From the NCBI RefSeq assembly GCF_001194135.2, contig NC_068983.1:115262206-115304698 (forward strand): DNA of 42,493 nucleotides, given 5' to 3'. Position 1 is the stretch's first letter. Each line of letters begins with the position of its first letter. Below the pieces are notes generated by a model. The model was given only the letters and a program-made list of their open reading frames with translations. It searched no databases and was not told where the DNA came from. Positions 34,399-42,493 of this stretch are shown here, one piece after another. Origin of the DNA: Octopus bimaculoides (Eukaryota). The translations under genes were made by a program, and so were the position numbers.

Positions 34399-34441
34399 TG
34401 TCAAAACTTTCGTCACACCAACTGCGACCTCGTCACTGACA
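34399..34441 (-). ncRNA. Degenerate minimal type-I hammerhead ribozyme motif
   Basis: Minus strand reads TGTCA-GTGACGA-G-GTCGCA-GTTGG-TGTGAC-GAAA-GTTT-TGACA. Helix I is 5 bp (TGTCA/TGACA) and helix II is 6 bp. The core deviates from CUGANGA at C3 and has one extra G. Confidence 0.5.
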
Positions 34442-34960
34442 TGATTCCACTGCATCATATAATCAAAGTTCCAGTGGAATCACGAAAATTTATCAGTAAT
34501 CACGAAACTTTGACATCAAGAAATAAATGTTTAAGTGAAGTTAACAGTATTTTTCTTGTTTTTGGATGGCTAATATGTCTTACACTCTGCAACGTCTGCG
34601 AAATATAATTATTGAAAAAGTGTTTTAATCGATGTCTGCAACTGACAATCAATTCATTACGCTTATTAAGCAGATGCTGACTATCAGTTATAACGATAAC
34701 CATAGCCTTGCGTATAACCTTACCCACCATCTTCATAAAGAGTAAAAGAATCGATACTAGACCAAAAGAGTTTGAATTTGTTTCCTTTCGACCTTAAATT
34801 AAAGATGTACTCAGCTAACGAGGTAGAAAGTCAACGCTTCTCATTATTAAACAAATAATGATGCATAGAAATACGCCACTTAACAAAGTTAGCTGTAAAA
34901 CTTATGTAATAATTCGATGTGGTGTGCGTTACTTCGGCGCATTTATTAGCCATATCATAT
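34399..34960 (-). mobile_element. Penelope-like element remnant (GIY-YIG endonuclease C-terminus and 3' region)
   Basis: Minus strand: EVTHTTSNYYISFTANFVKWRISMH..FNNEKR*LSTSLAEYIFNLRSKG..FKLFWS, then LLNKRNELIVSCRH, matching the YIG..F..R..H / T.LS.YIW.LK / LLNKR.EL...CRH pattern I associate with PLE endonucleases. An upstream RT could not be read confidently. Confidence 0.72.
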
Positions 34961-36204
34961 GAATGTGTATCTTTTGACTTGTGTGCTTATAATCATGTTT
35001 CTGTGTATAACTACCATAGGTAGTTCCTCGAATGTTTCACACATTTTCAGTTTCATTAATCAGTTGCAATTGTAATTTCACAATCAGCCATATCTTCTCT
35101 AGTTTGGTGAAGTCCAGATTCTCAAGATTAAGTTACATAGCCAAGTGCCTCAATGATCACATATATAAATATAAAGTTATTGTCTGAGTGTAGTATCAGC
35201 AGATTTCTTATTAGTTCACCAAAGATGATTTCTTTTCCTTTCACCTTTAATATCTTATTTTTACAAAGTACACTTTTCTTTGTGCTCCGAATTATCATGC
35301 TAGATTCGTTGTGGTAGTATTTTAGAGAGGTTTGAACGGGAAATATAATACCAATATTCTTTCATATTATGAGAATGTAAGGCTACATCTTATATGACAG
35401 AATTGGTCTTCAGAATTATCCTTTCCACGGATTGCAATGCATGGTGCATTAACAATGGTACCATGCCTCTTAGGTAAATAGTTTTGCAATGACATTTTCG
35501 GAAAGCTGGTTATAATGCCAGCTAATCTTCGGTGTAAGTTCCGCATTCTGCATCGGTTGTCACATCCATGCTTTTACCTACATCGTTATCTATTCTGCAG
35601 ATGATATTTTGTTGATTTCCTTGCTTCTATTTATTCTCTCAATTCATCCTATAAGATGGAAACTTCCTTCGCTAACAATCAAAGCTCTATCGCTGAAGTT
35701 TAGGCAGAAAGTACAGTTTAGAATTACATGATACATTTCATATAAAACTTTATAGATATTCATTATTCTTCTAATAGAATGAATTATGAGAAAATATTAA
35801 TTGAATTTTTCCTTCATCTGTAAACCTAACTTTGAAAGATTATTGGACGTTTTATAACATAGCCAAGTGTGCCACTTGATTACTGATACAGATGGGAATT
35901 TCTAATTAGAATATCGAAGGATTTGTTCATAAATTCTAACAGACATTAAATTAATTTCCTTTGTCTGCCAGGCAGCTGACTTCTATAGCAGCACAATTGT
36001 CCCAAGCAACCATAACAAGCTTGTTGTGTTTGTATTTGGCTCATATATTGATAGGAGTATTACATGTACCCTTATATTTCTTGCGGTGAAATATATGCTT
36101 ACATCCGCGCGCGCGCGCACTCATGTACAAATATGCATGTATTAGTGTGTATTAAATGTGTGGGCTCGCGAGTGAGTATTCATTAAAATCGGAAAGTTAT
36201 AATG

Positions 36205-36410
36205 GTTTTAAATTTTGACGCAAGGCCAGCAATTTCGGTGTAGGGGTAAGTAGCCTACATCGAGCCTAGGGCACAACTGGTACTTATTTTAACGACCCCG
36301 AAGAATGAAAGGCAAATTCGACACTGGCGGCATATGAACTCGGAACGCATAGTCGGAGGAAACGCTGCTAAGCATTTTCTTCGGCACAGTAACGATTCTG
36401 CCAGCTCATC
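36205..36410 (-). mobile_element. Family A SINE
   Basis: CAAGGCCAGCAATTT..CTGGTACTTATTTTAACGACCCCGAAGAATGAAAGGCAAA..GCTAAGCATTTT..AACGATTCTGCCAGCTCA. Confidence 0.85.
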
Positions 36411-36547
36411 ACTTATATAAAAGTGAATTGAGACTGACGGAGCAAATCTTTCAAACAATAGAGTGCGGCCAGTTGTCCACTACATGTAAACTAACTTACA
36501 CGGAGGTTAAAACTGGGCCACTAAGTCGGTTCGCTAGACGTATACTA

Positions 36548-36550
<3 letters not shown>

Positions 36551-36628
<78 letters not shown>

Positions 36629-36641
36629 ATCTATCTATCTG

Positions 36642-36694
<53 letters not shown>

Positions 36695-36700
36695 TTCCTC
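36551..36700. repeat. Compound (CA)n(CT)n(CTAT)n microsatellite
   Basis: Direct reading. Confidence 0.95.
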
Positions 36701-37174
36701 TATCTCACACACACAGTCACACACAATCACACACACAGTCGCATACAAACACTCACACACGCGTTTGGATGTAACTGAGATAAACACAAATCCATATCAT
36801 CTGATACAGTTGACTACTATATTTCATACTACACAAATACACAGACATAGTTGTGTGGTTTAGAAGTTCCTTTCGCAACCATGCGGTTTTGTGTTCAATT
36901 CCATTGCGCATTAACTTTATTAACTTTATTAATTGTCAAGCATTTAATATCTTACTAATGTAAGCATCACTTTAATATACATATAGCACTGCTTTAATAT
37001 CAATCACCACACAACTACTATGTGTATATACGTACTAATGGGTGTATACAAATGCGTGTATGTATCCATGTGTATACACATATATATGTGTGTGTATATA
37101 TGTGTAAGTAGGTATGTGTATATATATGTATGAATATATGTGTATATATGTGTGTATATAGATGGATGTGTGGG

Positions 37175-37221
<47 letters not shown>

Positions 37222-38029
37222 NNNNNNNNNNNNNNNNNNNNNNNNNNNNNNNNNNNNNNNNNNNNNNNNNNNNNNNNNNNNNNNNNNNNNNNNNNNNNNN
37301 NNNNNNNNNNNNNNNNNNNNNNNNNNNNNNNNNNNNNNNNNNNNNNNNNNNNNNNNNNNNNNNNNNNNNNNNNNNNNNNNNNNNNNNNNNNNNNNNNNNN
37401 NNNNNNNNNNNNNNNNNNNNNNNNNNNNNNNNNNNNNNNNNNNNNNNNNNNNNNNNNNNNNNNNNNNNNNNNNNNNNNNNNNNNNNNNNNNNNNNNNNNN
37501 NNNNNNNNNNNNNNNNNNNNNNNNNNNNNNNNNNNNNNNNNNNNNNNNNNNNNNNNNNNNNNNNNNNNNNNNNNNNNNNNNNNNNNNNNNNNNNNNNNNN
37601 NNNNNNNNNNNNNNNNNNNNNNNNNNNNNNNNNNNNNNNNNNNNNNNNNNNNNNNNNNNNNNNNNNNNNNNNNNNNNNNNNNNNNNNNNNNNNNNNNNNN
37701 NNNNNNNNNNNNNNNNNNNNNNNNNNNNNNNNNNNNNNNNNNNNNNNNNNNNNNNNNNNNNNNNNNNNNNNNNNNNNNNNNNNNNNNNNNNNNNNNNNNN
37801 NNNNNNNNNNNNNNNNNNNNNNNNNNNNNNNNNNNNNNNNNNNNNNNNNNNNNNNNNNNNNNNNNNNNNNNNNNNNNNNNNNNNNNNNNNNNNNNNNNNN
37901 NNNNNNNNNNNNNNNNNNNNNNNNNNNNNNNNNNNNNNNNNNNNNNNNNNNNNNNNNNNNNNNNNNNNNNNNNNNNNNNNNNNNNNNNNNNNNNNNNNNN
38001 NNNNNNNNNNTATATATATATATGTATAT

Positions 38030-38180
38030 ACGATGGGCTTCTTTTAGTTTCTGTCTACCAAATCCACTCACAAGGCTTTGGTCGGCCCGAGGCTATAGTA
38101 GAAGACACTTGCCCAAGGTGCCACGCTGTGGGACTGAACCCGGAACAATGTAATTGGTAAGCAAGCTACTTACCACACGA
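38030..38180 (-). mobile_element. Family C SINE head and CORE-like segment
   Basis: GAAGACACTTGCCCAAGGTGCCACGCTGTGGGACTGAACCCGGAAC..AGCAAGCTACTTACCACAC; continues into (TA)n and the gap. Confidence 0.9.
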
Positions 38181-38419
38181 TGTCTATAGCCATTCGATGT
38201 GAAATCGTGTGTTGAAACAGATTGTTATACTTGGGGATGGTCGGCAAAATATGACCATTGCCAAGTATAACGATAAACATAACATACAAATAGATATAAA
38301 GGCATGTGTGAGTATGTATATTCTATAGTCGTATTTTCAGATACTTCGAAATATTTCATTGATTAAATAGATCACATTTGAAAGTCAAAGTAAGCTTCAC
38401 TTTAATTCTTTTCATTATT

Positions 38420-38775
38420 TATTTGTTTCAGTCACTGGACTGCGGTCATCATAGAGCACTGCCTTGAAGGTTTTTAGCTGAACAACGCTTGGTACTTATT
38501 CCATCGGTCCCCTTTGCCAAACCGCTAAGTTATGAGGCTGCATAGTGGTAGTGAGGGCAATGCACAAGGACACACACATTCAAATACATATGCGCGCGCA
38601 CGCACACACGCATATACACACACATACACACATATACACGATGGGTTTCATTAATTTCCCAGCTTTGGTCGGCCATTGTAGAAGACAATTGCCCAAGGTG
38701 TTGCGCAATGGGGTTGAACTCGAAACCACATAGAGGCAACGTGAGCTTCTTAACTACCTAGCCATGCCAGCACCT
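38420..38775 (-). mobile_element. Family C SINE, older copy including its 3' part
   Basis: Head at 38638-38775 (GAAGACAATTGCCCAAGGTG), internal (AC/AT)n stretch and 3' part TTGTTTCAGTCACTGGACTGCGG at about 38420-38535. Confidence 0.7.
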
Positions 38776-38776
38776 G

Positions 38777-39625
38777 TACAAGGTGTTCGGGCTAAATTTG
38801 ACGGTATTATATGTCTTCTTTCTTTTCAGAAACAGCTTGATGTATCGGTGAACAGTCAACGGCGAAAAACATAAAGGTTAAAGTTGTAGTTGAGTGAAAG
38901 TTAGCTGACATAGATGACTTAAGCCATCTGGATATTGAAAAAGATTTACCTGTATCATGATGATTGATGCCTGGAATCAAAATACCATGACTGCTGCTCA
39001 CTGCTCTATGAACACTGTAAACACGTAAGACGTGACATGGACAGTTGCAACGGAGACTACGAAGCCGTGACCAGCAGAAAGAGACACTCAAGTTGTTCTG
39101 ACAGCGCCGAGATTCATTCAACAAGTGATGAACAGATATTTAGGCTTAATTTAGACGGCTATGTAAGGTTACTGAAGACTGTGGTCAAACCATGGCAAGA
39201 GAGGGTTGTTGCTGAAAAGTCATATGTGTGGCAGCGGGATTCAATGTCAGAAGTGACTGTCAGAAAATGAGTGCAACTTCGGTGCCCCCAATTTCTGGGT
39301 TCCCAATTACCCCGATTGTAATCCCTGTGTGCCGTACGCGGTTGACAAAGAGACCAACCGCTCTACCTGCAACACCAAGGCCAAGCTGGTAGCCAAGATC
39401 AAAAAGGCATTTGAAGATCTTCCGAGAGACACAATGAAGAATGCACGCCCCAAGTTCGGGAACAGTTTTGAAGCCGTGATGGATTCTGAGTGCGGTTACT
39501 CTCAGTAAACAATTATCTCCCAGCCATAAACTACTTGATGCTTTTTTTAAATTTCCTTAAACTACATTTATTTTTGGATTGGATATTGTGTTTCCTTTTA
39601 CTTTTGTGCAAATTGTCAGTGTCAA
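38777..39625 (+). mobile_element. Tc1/mariner-superfamily (maT/DD37D-like) DNA transposon, internally deleted
   Basis: Left end TACAAGGTGTTCGGGCTAAATTTGACG. Peptides DSCNGDYEAVTSRKRHS fused to RLNLDGYVRLLKTVVKPW..YVWQRDS; then FWVPNYPDCNP..DKETNRSTCNTKAKLVAKIKKAFEDLP..FEAV, stop at 39506-39508. The right TIR is not recognisable. Confidence 0.8.
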
Positions 39626-40180
39626 AGTGTGAAATTCAAACCCCACAGCCTCTCTGTGTTTGTGTGTGTGCGCGTGTGTGTGTGTGTGTGTGCTCGCGTT
39701 CAAATGTGTATGTGTGTGTGTGTGTACGTGCGTGTGCGTGCGTGTGCGTGTGTGTATTTATGTGTGTGCCCACACGTGTGTGTACGGATATGTTTATATA
39801 TCAATATGTGTATGAATGCGTGCGAGCTTCTCGGTTTTCGACCTGAGGGTTTCCACATCAAAAATGAAAGTAGAATAGAGAAGAAAATGAGATGGAAAAG
39901 AGATACAAACGTCTGAATTGCTTCCTATCGAAGCACAAAGGATAACAGGAGATGTTCGAATTAAAATAGTATGTAGACATTCGACTTCCTTTTGAATCAC
40001 TTGTACAGCAAAGAATTGTTGACAACAAATGCCCCAAGGAGTCATTGACAGGATATGTAAACACTTTTATACATCAAAACTACACTACAAGGATTTTTAA
40101 ATGTATACAATATGTGCACGTATGTGTGTGTATGTATGTGCCACACACATACACATGTGGCCACATAACGTGTGTGTATG

Positions 40181-40244
<64 letters not shown>

Positions 40245-40353
40245 TGTGTGTGTGTGAGTGTGTATTCATATTAGCTGACACAATGTCACTTTATTGAATT
40301 TGTTAGAAGATTTAATGATAAACAATTTGAATATCTAATGTAAGAATAAATAA

Positions 40354-40974
40354 TTCTTTCTATTATAGGTGCAAAGGACATATTTTCGAGGCGGGGGCTT
40401 GCCAATTGCATCAACCTCAGTGCGTAACTGGTACTTATTTCATCGACCCCGAAGGGATGTAAGGCAGAATCTGAACGCAGAGTGTAGAGACGGGCGAAAT
40501 GCCGCTAAGCATTTTGTCCGGTGTGCTAACGATTGTGCCAACACGCCACCTTAATGTGATATTAAATAATGCTTTCATATTTTGGCACAATGCCAGCAAG
40601 TTCGAAGGAGTGTGTAAGTCGATTTAACGATCCCAGTGTTCAACTGGTACTTATTTTATCAACGCCGAAAAGTGGAATGGCAAGGTTGACCTCGGCAGAA
40701 TTTGAACTGAGAACGTAAAGACGGTCGAAATCCGTTTAGCATTTCGCCCGGTGTGCTAACTATTCTGCCAACTCGCAGCCTTAATTTCAAATATCGGCAC
40801 AAGGCCAGCAATTTAGGGGTAGAGGGAAAGCCGATTACATCGACCCCTGTGCTCAACTGGTACTTATTTTATCGACTCCAAAATGATAAAAGGCAAAGTC
40901 GACTTCAGCGGAATTTGAACAGACACATAAAGACGGACGAAATGTCGCTAACCTTTCTACCAGCTCGCTGCCTT
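40354..40974 (-). mobile_element. Three head-to-tail family A SINEs
   Basis: Units at about 40354-40552, 40570-40782 and 40783-40974, each with CTGGTACTTATTT..CGAC and ending GCC-TT. Confidence 0.9.
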
Positions 40975-41079
40975 TATCTAATAGTAAACTAAATATATAT
41001 TTCTATAGGTTGCGACACACCTATAATCATGTATGCAAGCATCTATGTACACACACACAAACAGACATACGCACGCACG

Positions 41080-41114
<35 letters not shown>

Positions 41115-41377
41115 TTATACATACAAATGTACATATGCCTTTGTAAACATACGATTTGAAAACATCGAATCAATAAAGCGGAAAATAATTATCAGACAAG
41201 TCATTCTTATTCGTTTTTACTCAAATATAAACATATGTATATAGATTATATACGTATTATGAGGTGTGTGTGTGTGTGTGTGTATATATAAATATATATA
41301 TATATAGATAGATATTCATTTAAAATGCAGAGATGCCTATAATAGGACATCTACTCGCTAGAAATAGCAGCAATATA

Positions 41378-41428
41378 GATAGATAGGTAGATAGATAGAT
41401 AGATAGACATAGATACACACACACACAC

Positions 41429-41495
<67 letters not shown>

Positions 41496-41500
41496 TAAAT
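41378..41500. repeat. Compound (GATA)n(AC)n(AT)n microsatellite, low-complexity sequence to about 41730
   Basis: Direct reading. Confidence 0.93.
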
Positions 41501-42044
41501 ATATATGTATGTATATATATGTATATTTATATGTGTATATGTATATATTTATGTGTATATACATACATTAATACATACGTGTGTGAGCATGTATATTCCT
41601 ATGTATATGCATATATGTATAAATATATATATATATGCACACATTGTTATATATGCCCGTATCTATCTATCTTTCCACACACACACACACACACATACAC
41701 ACACACACACAGGTACACATATATAAGCAGAAACACATTCCAGCTTTTCTCCTGCGAAATTTTTTTTTAAATATCCTTTATCCGTCCATTATATTTCGTT
41801 TGGAAGGCAATTGTTGCCAATGTAATATGAAGAACTAAGAAATATGACAATCTAAAGATTAAACTTGAAAACATTGGTGGTTCTAAAGTCATAAACATTT
41901 CTGTGTGATGTGTGTATGAGTGCATGTCTAAACATTTACACGCACGCGCACACATGCACACACAATCACACACAGGTATATATACACACTCAAACAGGCA
42001 TACATAAATATATACTATATCAATTTGAGTCAACTTCAGATTAC

Positions 42045-42185
42045 TTCTTTCAGTTTGTGTCTACCAAATCCACTCACTTGCCTTTGGTCGGTCCGAAGAC
42101 ATGTCAAACGTGCTACACAGTGGGATTGAACCCAGAATTATGTAGTTGGGAAGCAAGTTTCTTACCACACAGCCACGCCTGTGTA
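42045..42185 (-). mobile_element. Family C SINE fragment
   Basis: CTACCAAATCCACTCAC..CTTTGGTCGG..GTGGGATTGAACCCAGAA..GGGAAGCAAGTTTCTTACCACACAGCCAC. Confidence 0.85.
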
Positions 42186-42359
42186 GGTATACATATAATT
42201 ATGTATGTATATATATGCATGTATACATATGTATATGCACGTATATTTGTATGTATGTATATTTATGTATACACACATATATATGATATACGTACACATA
42301 TATACAAACACACACAGACATACATAGACACAGACATGCATGCGCGCATATACACACAC

Positions 42360-42438
42360 ATAGATAGATAGATAGATAGACAGATAGATAGATAGATAGA
42401 TAGATAGACAGATAGATAGATAGATAGATAGATAGATA
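42360..42438. repeat. (GATA)n microsatellite
   Basis: Direct reading. Confidence 0.95.
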
Positions 42439-42493
42439 CATTTCTTTTATTAGTCACACAGGGCTCAACAAAGATGGGACAAATACAATGAAG

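Larger units (their letters stand above)
15120..38010. other. Seven assembly gaps: 15120-15248, 18191-18432, 23102-23111, 23934-24161, 27718-28310, 31193-31312, 37222-38010
   Basis: N-runs read directly; each abuts a simple repeat. Confidence 0.99.

Noticed and set aside
34960-35900. Possible Penelope RT upstream of the GIY-YIG remnant (IIRSTKKSVL-like segment near 35260-35310)
   Set aside because: Only one weak motif, with no readable RT catalytic motifs; a profile-HMM search is needed.
1023-42457. Many ORF-track entries with poly-I, poly-H/Y, RE, LS, CV, HT, YI or X runs
   Set aside because: They are translations of microsatellites and N-gaps with no recognisable domain.

Overview
AT-rich, repeat-saturated eukaryotic non-coding DNA with seven N-gaps (about 2.1 kb), all adjoining simple repeats. 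The SINE families, microsatellite load and transposon mix match what I recall of octopus genomes; this is an inference and no search was run. No host protein-coding gene is confidently supported, and most ORF-track entries are microsatellite or gap artefacts. Recognisable content: (i) six decayed fragments of R4/Dong-clade RLE non-LTR retrotransposons, one near full length and two stacked in (TAA)n tracts; (ii) about 25 tRNA-derived SINE copies or fragments from at least four related families, three with visible TSDs; (iii) three different mariner transposase remnants and two copies of a Tc1/maT-like element; (iv) a Penelope-like GIY-YIG remnant followed by a degenerate minimal hammerhead ribozyme motif; (v) two divergent, disabled copies of a gag/ORF1-like RRM plus CCHC zinc-knuckle ORF with no endonuclease or RT beside them. 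One of these copies lies in a bounded 1,991-bp TG...CA unit inside a (TAA/TGA)n microsatellite, and this ORF-only family is the best candidate for something undescribed. A 43-bp-arm hairpin with downstream tandem copies of its own stem motif is also unexplained. Boundaries were read by eye and are approximate unless a TSD or terminal motif is quoted.
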